DNA of 64,000 nucleotides from an uncultured Clostridia bacterium (GTDB lineage Bacteria; Bacillota; Clostridia; Christensenellales; UBA1242): NCBI GenBank assembly GCA_947627545.1, contig CANQWK010000001.1, positions 81,554 to 145,553 of the forward strand, read 5' to 3'. Shown piece by piece: positions 30,170 to 39,149 of this stretch (position 1 is its first letter; each line of letters starts with the position of its first letter). The notes under the pieces were generated by a model. It saw only the letters and a program-made list of their open reading frames with translations, ran no database searches and was not told where the DNA came from. The position numbers and the translations under genes were made by a program.

Positions 30170-30196
30170 GGTGCAACTCCCCTCATCTCCACCAAA
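30170..30196 (+). repeat. Right attachment core (duplicated ssrA 3' end)
   Basis: Identical to 15510-15536; followed by terminator aagcagtcg-ta-cggctgctt. Confidence 0.93.
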
Positions 30197-30221
30197 CAAA
30201 AAAAGCAGTCGTACGGCTGCT

Positions 30222-31163
30222 TTATTTATATTCAAATTCTAAGTCGGTTTTGCGGAGGTAGATTTCGCCTTGTGGAATATCTAGCATAGACTTTGGCGTG
30301 GATTTGCGCGCATAGCAATAGTTACAGTTGTGGCGGCAGGTATCGTATCTACCAATATCAATTGCTGGCATGCAACCGCAATATTTACGCTGGCCATCAA
30401 TTTTGTTGTTTTTGCGTTTTACAATTATACCGTCATTTTTAAATTTTTCAGTTAAAAGTTGTTCAAAAATCTCGCCATCTATGCACTTGCTTGGCAAAAT
30501 ATTGTATTTACTCCAATCTCCACTTTCCGCGCATGCTTCAATTTGTATGCCATTTTTGCTTGCAATTTGCGAAAATTTTGCTAAAATTTCATGTTTTTGT
30601 GTTAAATTTGGTGCAAAAACGGTTTTTGAACAGCCTTTATAACTTTCAATTACAAAACTTATTTTGCAATGTTTTGTATAATTTTTTAGTTGCTCGCATA
30701 AATATGTAAATTGTTTGATGTGCCAATTTACATCAATTCCATCCGTCAACAGAATTGGGTCATAACGCCAAATTACAGGGCAAAATTTTGTTAATTCTTT
30801 AAAAGTTTCGATTCGCTCATTTAGTGTTGGCAATCCGCCTTCAATATTTTGCGGATAAGCGTTTAAGGTGAACAAAAAATAATATTTATAATCTTTAAGT
30901 TTGCTGAGTTTATTTAACATCGGTTTTGGATTTTTTGACCAAAACACAATGCCCTCAACATTGCCTTCTGTTTCAATTTTTTTATCGCCCAACAAATTGT
31001 ATTCCACGCTTTTAATTTTTAGTGGTTTTAGTTCAATTTTTGCAATTTTGCTTGGGTTGATTGGATTAGGCACAAGCACAAATCCGTCTGTCAACCTATC
31101 AAAAAACCAATCGCTATAAAACGCTGGTATATCTGTTCGCCTAGAAACGCTTAAAATCATCAT
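30222..31163 (-). CDS. DUF1848 family protein
   Basis: ILSVSRRTDIPAFYSDWF, FWSKNP, WRYDPI, CGC...DIGRYDTCRHNCNYCYA. Confidence 0.9.
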   Translation of the reverse strand: MMILSVSRRTDIPAFYSDWFFDRLTDGFVLVPNPINPSKIAKIELKPLKIKSVEYNLLGDKKIETEGNVEGIVFWSKNPKPMLNKLSKLKDYKYYFLFTLNAYPQNIEGGLPTLNERIETFKELTKFCPVIWRYDPILLTDGIDVNWHIKQFTYLCEQLKNYTKHCKISFVIESYKGCSKTVFAPNLTQKHEILAKFSQIASKNGIQIEACAESGDWSKYNILPSKCIDGEIFEQLLTEKFKNDGIIVKRKNNKIDGQRKYCGCMPAIDIGRYDTCRHNCNYCYARKSTPKSMLDIPQGEIYLRKTDLEFEYK

Positions 31164-31810
31164 CTTACTCCATAAACTATTATACCTCTTCCGTCCAAAA
31201 TGTCAAACTTTTTAAACTTAAAAGCCGGCTTTAATTTGTTTATTAATTTATCTATAAAATCTTGTTCTTCTTTTGGCATGTGATAATTGCTGTTAATCGT
31301 ATAATCGCAAATTAAATAAAAACTATCCTGATGTCGTAAAGCATCAACCAATTCTTTCTCCAAATTAGAATTGTTAGAAATTGTAAATAAAGAGTTGAAG
31401 AAACAAACGACTAAGTTTTGGTGTTTGCCTTGTAACATATATGTTCCAACATCATATTTTATGGTTTTGGGTAATTTGGGTTCAAAATTTTTATAAGCAT
31501 CAGTTTTTTTTATAGCCCAATCGCAATCATCAATACCCCAATATTTGACATTCCCAAAAACTTCACTTGCACCAATGTAATCCAAACCAAGCCCACAGCC
31601 GAAAGAAAAGATAGTTGGTATCTTAGTGCCAATATGCTTTTTCAATTCGGCAAAACTTTCTTTATTCTTCTCATAGTTCTTTTCTGCGTATTCTTTTAAA
31701 TAATTTAAATTGGAACATAAGTTATCGTAATCCAAATGTCCGGCACAATCTTTTTTGCAATATTCACAAGATGGGAATTTGTAATTATTCCATAAATTTT
31801 CAATTTTCAT
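31160..31810 (-). CDS. Class I SAM-methyltransferase-like protein with N-terminal Cys cluster
   Basis: IFSFGCGLGLD motif I-like; YWGIDDCDW; CEYCKKDC. Confidence 0.5.
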   Translation of the reverse strand: MKIENLWNNYKFPSCEYCKKDCAGHLDYDNLCSNLNYLKEYAEKNYEKNKESFAELKKHIGTKIPTIFSFGCGLGLDYIGASEVFGNVKYWGIDDCDWAIKKTDAYKNFEPKLPKTIKYDVGTYMLQGKHQNLVVCFFNSLFTISNNSNLEKELVDALRHQDSFYLICDYTINSNYHMPKEEQDFIDKLINKLKPAFKFKKFDILDGRGIIVYGVR

Positions 31811-31846
31811 ACTTTCTCCTTTTATAGCCCCAATTGCACATTATGA

Positions 31847-31874
31847 AAAAGTTGAAGAATATTCTTCAACTTTT
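31847..31874. repeat. Perfect 28-bp palindrome upstream of the methyltransferase-like gene
   Basis: aaaagttgaagaat|attcttcaactttt. Confidence 0.8.
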
Positions 31875-31971
31875 ATCATTTTTACAAGGAACTCTCCGTC
31901 TTTATTATAACAATTCTACTTAACTTTTTAGCCAAAACATGTCAAAATAGAAGCAACTTAGAGTATTTTTG

Positions 31972-32080
31972 CTCCACCAAATAACACAATATATTATGCT
32001 TTTAAAATGACTTAATCACATTATATTGTATATGTTGATTAGGTCAATTTTTTTTGTGAGTAGAATATGAGTAGAATTTT
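31972..32080 (+). repeat. Diverged ~110-bp copy of the left junction (att remnant, arm sites, last codons of a sibling integrase)
   Basis: Aligns with 15527-15635; minus strand reads KFYSYSTHKKN*. Confidence 0.85.
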
Positions 32081-32185
32081 TACTGTGAAATGGACAATTT
32101 TTATCTACGAAATTATTGAAAAATAATAAAAACAGCCAAGAACAATTATTTCTTAGCCGTTATACTATCCAAATTTATTATAAAT

Positions 32186-33484
32186 TTAAGACCTTAATCC
32201 TCCTCCACCTGTCCCTATTTTTGAATATCCACTTTCCCAACCTGTCATGCCCTTTATACTAATCGCTTTAGGAGGTTGCAAATTTTTATTTTTTTCGCAA
32301 CAAATTTTTTCAAAAGGACACGATTTTATATGATAAGTATTACAAAATTCTATACCATTTAAAGCTTCACATCCTTCTTTATTAGAACATGGTAACACTC
32401 GTTTTACCAACACAAGATTACCGTTACATTTACCACATTTCTTATTTAAACGATTACATATAAATTCCTGATTGCAATGTTCACATTTAAAAATGCATAA
32501 ATTTTCCTTACAAATTTGTTTACCAACAACATTATAAATAAAATAATCTATTAAGCATGGACTAGGCAAAACATCGTTAGGATACTTTTCTTTCCATTTT
32601 TCCCAAACCATTCTCCATGCCTCAGCATTCTTTTTTTCTATATAAGAATATTGATAATCAAATATGTCCATAAAACTAGACAAAAGTGGAATTTTAGGTT
32701 CTAAGATTCCTGTTCGCAATGCAACCTTAATAGTGTTAATATCACTTGCAACATCAATTTTGTCAAAATTTTTAACATCTTTCCATATTCCTAAAACAAC
32801 CATATCTCTAATAAACATATCTGTTTTTTTATTGCCATATCCAGCGCCTAGATAACTTGTTAGTGTTTGACGAAATTCATAAACATCATTGTTAAAAACA
32901 TCTTTAATCATATTATAAGGAGTGGTGTTATGTTCTATTAAAAAATCACACACATTTTTTGCATATTTAATTCGTTTGTCAGTTTGAGATAATTTTCCTA
33001 AATTGATATTCTTTACATATGCTGCTGGATCTTTTTGTATGTTTCCAATTTCAAAAACACTTTTATCTTTATTAAAGATATCGACAAAATCTTTAAAATT
33101 CCTAGAACCATTAAAATCTTGATTTGCAGTTAAAAACCTAATATTACAAACATCTTCTACCGATAAACCATAAGTATTCCAAACTTGTTTGAAAGCTTCT
33201 CCTTTGGTGATTATATAAACTTTATGCAAAGCTTCAGCAACTTCTTCACATTTTTCCTCGTTTAATATTTCTTTCCCTAATATATTTTCATGATTTTTAA
33301 GCCAATATTTATGAAATTCAGAAAAATAAATCTCATCACTTTTGTTGTTGATAAATTGTTTATCTTTATATGCAAATAAAAAATTATTTATCTCTATAAT
33401 TATTTGTCTTGCATTTTCCGTTGAAAAATTTGATGTTGTAGAATATTTTTTAATGTTATTTATAAATGAAGTTAATTCATCCAT
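32186..33484 (-). CDS. HhH-GPD DNA glycosylase-like protein with Cys-rich C-terminus
   Basis: GAGYGNKKTDMF...IDVASDINTIKVALRTG resembles EndoIII HhH..vD.hv.Rv..RlG; GKQIC..C..C. Confidence 0.55.
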   Translation of the reverse strand: MDELTSFINNIKKYSTTSNFSTENARQIIIEINNFLFAYKDKQFINNKSDEIYFSEFHKYWLKNHENILGKEILNEEKCEEVAEALHKVYIITKGEAFKQVWNTYGLSVEDVCNIRFLTANQDFNGSRNFKDFVDIFNKDKSVFEIGNIQKDPAAYVKNINLGKLSQTDKRIKYAKNVCDFLIEHNTTPYNMIKDVFNNDVYEFRQTLTSYLGAGYGNKKTDMFIRDMVVLGIWKDVKNFDKIDVASDINTIKVALRTGILEPKIPLLSSFMDIFDYQYSYIEKKNAEAWRMVWEKWKEKYPNDVLPSPCLIDYFIYNVVGKQICKENLCIFKCEHCNQEFICNRLNKKCGKCNGNLVLVKRVLPCSNKEGCEALNGIEFCNTYHIKSCPFEKICCEKNKNLQPPKAISIKGMTGWESGYSKIGTGGGGLRS

Positions 33485-33485
33485 A

Positions 33486-34394
33486 TTATTTTCCCCTTTT
33501 GTAATTTCGCACTACTATTTCAGTTATATCTCCTCGTTTGCTTGCTTGGCAGTTTATCATTCTTTTTGCGTAAACTCTATCAACTTCAAAAATAGAATAT
33601 AAATCATCAAAGAAATTATCATTTTTATTGGCATTTTTAGGATCTGAATTAGATAGCATCAATAAGCAATTTCTTCTGTTTAATTCTTTAAATTTATTCG
33701 CCAATGCCACTTGATCATCATCGTTAAAACCACTCTTGTCATAATTTACAAATGAATTATTTTCAACAAGCGGTCTATATGGTGGGTCAAAGTAAACAAA
33801 GGTTTTATCGTTTGCATTTGGCAAAACTTCTTCATAAGAGCCATAGGAGATTTCAACTTTTTGCAATAATTTACTACATAATTCAAGATTATGAGCATCG
33901 CAAATTAACGGATTCTTATATTTCCCATGAGGTACATTGAATTTGCCATCTTTATTAACCCTATAAAGCCCATTAAAGCAAGTTTTATTTAAAAATATAA
34001 AGTCGGCACATTTTTCATAATCTTCATGACCATTAAGTTTAATTTGATTATATCTATTCCTAACTTTATAGTAATAATCCGCCCTATTGGCTGTCGCCAA
34101 GTATTCTTTTTCTAAACTTTCAAGTTGTTTTATAACATTTTTAACATTTACTTTAATACATCTATAACAATTAATAAGTTCTTTGTTTATGTCGTTGATA
34201 AATGCTTTTTTGATATTGTAATTTTGTAAGATGTGAAAAAGCACCGCTCCACCGCCGACAAATGGTTCAATATATATATCAATTCCACCATTTTTCAGTT
34301 CTTGCGGAAACATATTATCAAAAGTGTTAATAAGCTGGCCTTTGCCACCTGCCCATTTTAAAAATGGCTTTGCAACATCTTTACACATACTCAT
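33486..34394 (-). CDS. Dam-family (D12) DNA N6-adenine methyltransferase
   Basis: KPFLKWAGGK, YIEPFVGGGAV, CFNGLYRVN, YFDPPY, MLSNS. Confidence 0.93.
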   Translation of the reverse strand: MSMCKDVAKPFLKWAGGKGQLINTFDNMFPQELKNGGIDIYIEPFVGGGAVLFHILQNYNIKKAFINDINKELINCYRCIKVNVKNVIKQLESLEKEYLATANRADYYYKVRNRYNQIKLNGHEDYEKCADFIFLNKTCFNGLYRVNKDGKFNVPHGKYKNPLICDAHNLELCSKLLQKVEISYGSYEEVLPNANDKTFVYFDPPYRPLVENNSFVNYDKSGFNDDDQVALANKFKELNRRNCLLMLSNSDPKNANKNDNFFDDLYSIFEVDRVYAKRMINCQASKRGDITEIVVRNYKRGK

Positions 34395-34666
34395 GCTTAT
34401 TTTATCACTTATCCATATAAAAAGCAACGAAATTATTATACGCTTGCCTATACTTGCTTAATTTTTCTATATATGTTATAATAAAAGTATGCTCATGGCA
34501 TACTTTAATTTTGTTTCGACTTAGAGAACCTTTTCTCTACCAAATAAAAATACCACAAATCCACCAAAAAGGTGGTTTTTATTTATTTTATTTTTCTATC
34601 AAGTTCCCTGCGTTTTATAGTTTCACGTTTGACGCGAAGTTGGCGTTTAAGTTTGGTTTCAGTTAA

Positions 34667-35113
34667 TTACTTTTTTACGGCTCGGTCTAATTCTCTTCGT
34701 TTTATAGTCTCGCGTTTATCGTAAAGTTTTTTGCCTCGTGCAAGTGCAATTTCAACTTTAACATTGCTGCCGCTAAAATATGCTTTGGTTGGAACAAGTG
34801 TTAAATGTTCAGTTTCTATTTTTTTTCTTAATTTTTCAATTTCGTCTGCGTGCAAAAGCAATTTACGTTCTCGCCTAGTGTTGTCCGCCATTCTGCCTGC
34901 GTTAAATGAATTTTCATATTCTTTTATATAACTGTTCCTTAAAAAACATTCGCCTTTTTTTATAAAAGCGTAGCAATCCACAATTGAAAAATGACCAGCA
35001 CGCACCGATTTAATTTCGTCACCTGTTAGCACAATGCCCGCCTCATAAGTTTGTAAAATTTCATATTCAAATTTTGCCCGCCTATTTTCCGCCACCAATT
35101 TTTGTTTTTCCAT
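34667..35113 (-). CDS. smpB: SsrA-binding protein SmpB
   Basis: NRRAKFEY, EAGIVLTGDEIKS, RKLLLH, GKKLYDKR. Confidence 0.97.
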   Translation of the reverse strand: MEKQKLVAENRRAKFEYEILQTYEAGIVLTGDEIKSVRAGHFSIVDCYAFIKKGECFLRNSYIKEYENSFNAGRMADNTRRERKLLLHADEIEKLRKKIETEHLTLVPTKAYFSGSNVKVEIALARGKKLYDKRETIKRRELDRAVKK

Positions 35114-35357
35114 ATGTTTCCTTTATTTTCCTTTTTTTGTTTTTTATTTTTATTTATTTTTCTTATTTTATTCTTGTTGTTTTATTTCCTTATTATTTTC
35201 CTAAAAACATTATAGCACAAAAAATTTTTATTTCAACACAGACTTAACATATTTAAGGTTTTATAAAAAATAACAACCTAATGCCGATGCTAAAAAGTCC
35301 AATAAAATTAAATAAATATTCAATGAGGTTTTTATTAAATAAAAAAGCCCAAAGGGC

Positions 35358-36206
35358 TTAATATTTTCTATTAATCATTCTATTGATATTCATAAAATTA
35401 ATCGCATTTAATGAATTTTTATATTTTTTATAAGACGCAAAAAGCAAAAATGTTGCCGCTGCAAAATAGAAAAAAATATCATCATTAACATCTTTATATA
35501 AATTAAGTCTCGCAATGCCCAAGTTGCTTTTTTTGTTTAACAAATCCCATTCAATGTCGGCAATCATATTTTTAAAATCGATATAATCAGTTTCTTTTAA
35601 GCCATCTATGTATGACTTTTCAAAAATGCCTATAAATGGACTTTCGACTTCTTCATTAATCACCAAATGATAATTTGTTAAATTTTTGTCAAGAAAAATC
35701 TCAAAATTTTTGCTTAGCACAATGTCGCACAATTTGTTATCGTTTTTATCAAACAATTTCATAATGTCAGGGTCGGTTTTTGAATATTTAATATAATAAT
35801 CTTCGTTTAACATAAACTTGCTATGCTCATAGTTAAATTGATAGACTTCATCATCAAAAGATGCACTGGTTAAAAGCACATCTTTGTAATCGTTGGTCAA
35901 AGCGTTTGTGATAAAATAGCCACCCAACGCATCGTCATCTTCAACAAGGTTTAAATTTGACCCTTCAAAATTATATTCCTGCCACCTTTGCAAATGTTTT
36001 GAAAACATCTTTTCAATTTTTTTCCACTTTTTTGTGCAATATCTAAAAATTGAAATTGCAATTTTGGCGTCCGCAATATCTTCGCATCGATTTAAGGTTT
36101 TGGTAAACGTTTGTTCAAATTCATCTTCTGTTATTCCATTTTTGGCGTCAATGCCCAACTCGTCAAAATAAGCTCTTATGGTTTCAATAAATTTTCTAGT
36201 TATCAT
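35358..36206 (-). CDS. Hypothetical protein
   Basis: 282 aa; GGGAGG SD, directly downstream of rnr. Confidence 0.6.
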   Translation of the reverse strand: MITRKFIETIRAYFDELGIDAKNGITEDEFEQTFTKTLNRCEDIADAKIAISIFRYCTKKWKKIEKMFSKHLQRWQEYNFEGSNLNLVEDDDALGGYFITNALTNDYKDVLLTSASFDDEVYQFNYEHSKFMLNEDYYIKYSKTDPDIMKLFDKNDNKLCDIVLSKNFEIFLDKNLTNYHLVINEEVESPFIGIFEKSYIDGLKETDYIDFKNMIADIEWDLLNKKSNLGIARLNLYKDVNDDIFFYFAAATFLLFASYKKYKNSLNAINFMNINRMINRKY

Positions 36207-36219
36207 ATTTTCCCTCCCC

Positions 36220-38523
36220 TTATCTTTTTTTGCGTTTTGATTTTTTGTTTTGTTTTAATTTGTAAAATTGTTTTGCACTGTTTTTATTTTTTGAACTTAA
36301 TTTTTTACTTTTTGTTGAAAAATTTTTAGAATTTTTCGTTTTTGAGCCTGAATTTTCAAATTCTTTTGAATTTTTACCCTTATTTTTTGAATTTTTTAAA
36401 TTTTTATTTTTATTTATAATAACATTTAAATTTGATTTTTCTACCCCTGCAAGTTCAAAATCTATTTGGCGAAGTTGAATATTTACATTGGCAACAATCA
36501 CTCGCAAACTATCTCCAATTGTAAAAACATGGTGTTTACCTTTCATGCTCATAGATAAATCATCGTAAACATATTCGTCCATTGGCAAATCGTTTGGTCT
36601 AATCATACCCTCTATGCCGTTTTCAAGTTCAACAAAAATGCCAAATTCTTGTACACTGGAAATTATGCCTTCAAATTCTTCTCCTAAAAACTTTTGCATG
36701 TAAAGTGCTTTTTTATAATCGTCAACTGCACGCTCGGCTTCATCTGCAGTTTTTTCCGTTTCGCTGCTTTGAATTGACGCTCGCTCTACAATAGGCGTAA
36801 AATGAATTTTAATTTCTTGTTTAGGCACTCCGCTTAACTGTGCTTTTAAAATTCTATGAATTAATAAATCTGGATAACGCCTTATTGGACTTGTAAAATG
36901 ACAATAATAAGGTAATGCCAAACCGAAATGCCCCAAACATGTTGGTGCGTAGCGAGCTTTCATCATCGAGCGTAAAATTAAATATGTTAATATTTTCTCT
37001 TTTGAACTGCCTTCAATTTTTTTAACAATTTGTTGATAAGCCACTGGCACATCTCCATTTATTTTAAGCTGATTTGAAACGCCCATGCTGGCAAGCATAT
37101 CGCTTAATTTGGCAACTTTTTCCGCATCTGGTTTTTCATGAACTCTATAAACAAAGGGTAAATTTTGACCTATTTTTGCAACGCATTCGTTTGCTTTAAC
37201 CATAAGGCTTTCTATAATCTCGTGAGCTTCGTCCTGCACTCGATTTTCAATTGAAACAATTTCGCCTGCCTTGTTTTCTAGAATAAAAGGTTCAGGCAAA
37301 TTAAACCTTATTTCGCCTAATTTGGCACGCTCGTCTTTAAACGCTTGTGCAATTTGACGATATAGCAAAATGTCATTATACACATCATCATATTTTTCAA
37401 TTAAAAATTTGTCGCCCTGCAAAATTTTTGCAATTTCGGTGTAGGTCATGCGGTGCCTACTTTTAATTATGCTTTCTAGCAAGTTTGCCGAAATAACTTT
37501 AAAGTTTTTGTCTAAGGCAAGTTTTACCGAAAGTGTTAATCTATATTCGCCCTCTTTTAGCGAGCAAATTTCATTAGATAACTGTTTTGGTAACATTGGT
37601 ATAACTTGATTAGGAAAATATACACTTGTGCCGCGCTTAAAGGCTTCTTTATCTAAGGCACTATCTTCTTTCACATAATGACTAACATCGGCAATATGAA
37701 CATACAAATTAAATCCTTCGCCCCTAGTTTCAATTGAAAGAGCATCGTCAAAATCGCGAGCATCTTCGCCATCTATTGTTATAACATTATGGTTAGTAAA
37801 ATCTGCCCTATTCTTTTTGCATTTTTCATAATTTACAGTAAGGCTAATTTTGCTAGCCTCGTTTAGCGTTGCTGGGCTAAATTTTTCAATTAAATTATAT
37901 GAACGAATAATTGAAAGTTGCTCTGCTTTAACATTGCCAGCCTGACCCAAAACCTCAACAATTTTTCCGTGCAGATTTTTTTCATCTAGGCTGTTTTCAT
38001 CTAACTCCACCCACACTTTGTCATTGTTCTTCGCCTTGCCTGCGTCTAATTTAAAAATGCGGATTTGCGGAAGTTTTACATCGTCTGGATAAACCAAATT
38101 TTTGCTTTTGCCCTCGATGTATGTGCCAACAATGTGCGTGATGTTTCGCTTTAAAACTTTAACAACGCGAGCTTCAATTTCTTCATCTGTTTTAAGGTTT
38201 GTAATTTCAACCAAACAATCATCGCCATCAAATGCACCATTTATTGCAAAAGCAGGAATAAAAAAGTCAGGTTTGCCTTCTACCGCTGCAAAGCCATAAC
38301 CCTTTTTGTTGATTGTAATTTTAGCTTTAATGTAACCTCTATCTGCCGAAATGGAAATTTTATTAGCGTTATCTAAAAACAATTCGCCACTCAAAACAAG
38401 TTTGTTAATTTCATTTTTAATTTCAGGGCAAGAAAAATTAGTTAATTTTTTTATTTCTTTAACCAAATTATCTTGCGTTAAATACATGAGTTTGTTCTGC
38501 CTAATTAAATTTATAATATCCAT
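36220..38523 (-). CDS. rnr: Ribonuclease R
   Basis: TIDGEDARDFDDA, HFTSPIRRYPDL, S1 domain, basic tail. Confidence 0.96.
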   Translation of the reverse strand: MDIINLIRQNKLMYLTQDNLVKEIKKLTNFSCPEIKNEINKLVLSGELFLDNANKISISADRGYIKAKITINKKGYGFAAVEGKPDFFIPAFAINGAFDGDDCLVEITNLKTDEEIEARVVKVLKRNITHIVGTYIEGKSKNLVYPDDVKLPQIRIFKLDAGKAKNNDKVWVELDENSLDEKNLHGKIVEVLGQAGNVKAEQLSIIRSYNLIEKFSPATLNEASKISLTVNYEKCKKNRADFTNHNVITIDGEDARDFDDALSIETRGEGFNLYVHIADVSHYVKEDSALDKEAFKRGTSVYFPNQVIPMLPKQLSNEICSLKEGEYRLTLSVKLALDKNFKVISANLLESIIKSRHRMTYTEIAKILQGDKFLIEKYDDVYNDILLYRQIAQAFKDERAKLGEIRFNLPEPFILENKAGEIVSIENRVQDEAHEIIESLMVKANECVAKIGQNLPFVYRVHEKPDAEKVAKLSDMLASMGVSNQLKINGDVPVAYQQIVKKIEGSSKEKILTYLILRSMMKARYAPTCLGHFGLALPYYCHFTSPIRRYPDLLIHRILKAQLSGVPKQEIKIHFTPIVERASIQSSETEKTADEAERAVDDYKKALYMQKFLGEEFEGIISSVQEFGIFVELENGIEGMIRPNDLPMDEYVYDDLSMSMKGKHHVFTIGDSLRVIVANVNIQLRQIDFELAGVEKSNLNVIINKNKNLKNSKNKGKNSKEFENSGSKTKNSKNFSTKSKKLSSKNKNSAKQFYKLKQNKKSKRKKR

Positions 38524-38648
38524 AAAATTATTTTACCACATAAATCAAATTATGTAAAATGTTTTTTTATTTTCATTAAAATTTAAAACTCATAAAATAT
38601 TCTCTAATTAACGCAAAAAATTCATAAAAAAAAGTGGCAATTGCCACT

Positions 38649-38951
38649 CTAAAACATATTAGGAATTTTTAACAAAACAAAATATATTACGCAAAATAAA
38701 GCAATTAAACCCAAAACAATGTAAACCATACGAGTAATTCTGCCTTCCCTAGAACCTGATTTGTTTTGAGAATAATAACTATCTTTATTGCCGGTTATAA
38801 CGTTGCTAGTTTCACTTCCGCCTGTAATTTGCATAAATACAAGCACAACTAAAATTAAACAAAGCACAGCTAAAATAACCAAACATATACGCTCAAAAAT
38901 TGGAAAACTTGTGCTAATCCAATTTGGAACTGTTGCTAAAATAGAATTCAT
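38649..38951 (-). CDS. secG: Preprotein translocase subunit SecG
   Basis: Two TM with LVFMQ..G; canonical secG-rnr-smpB order. Confidence 0.8.
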   Translation of the reverse strand: MNSILATVPNWISTSFPIFERICLVILAVLCLILVVLVFMQITGGSETSNVITGNKDSYYSQNKSGSREGRITRMVYIVLGLIALFCVIYFVLLKIPNMF

Positions 38952-39149
38952 ATTTCCTCCACATTAAGAATTAACCAAAAGGTTATAATTAATAAAATTT
39001 TGCTAATGCAAACTTTTTAGTTTGCTAAAAAAACAAATTTCAAAAACGATTATAGCATATTGCAAAAATAATTACAAGCCTTTTAAAAAAAATTTGTTTA
39101 ATTTTTTAATTAAAAACAAAAAGAGAGGCCTAAACCCCTCTTAAAATGT

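Larger units (their letters stand above)
15510..30196. mobile_element. 14.7 kb integrated element (tail-less prophage-like) inserted in the 3' end of ssrA
   Basis: 27-bp direct repeats at both ends, adjacent tyrosine integrase, repressor, replication and ATPase genes. Confidence 0.9.

Noticed and set aside
15510-30196. Conjugative ICE or classical tailed prophage
   Set aside because: No relaxase or VirB4/VirD4-sized ATPase, and no terminase, portal, capsid, tail or endolysin motifs recognised.
30170-30196. Second tmRNA or tRNA gene
   Set aside because: Only the 3' 27 bp are present; it is an att duplication.
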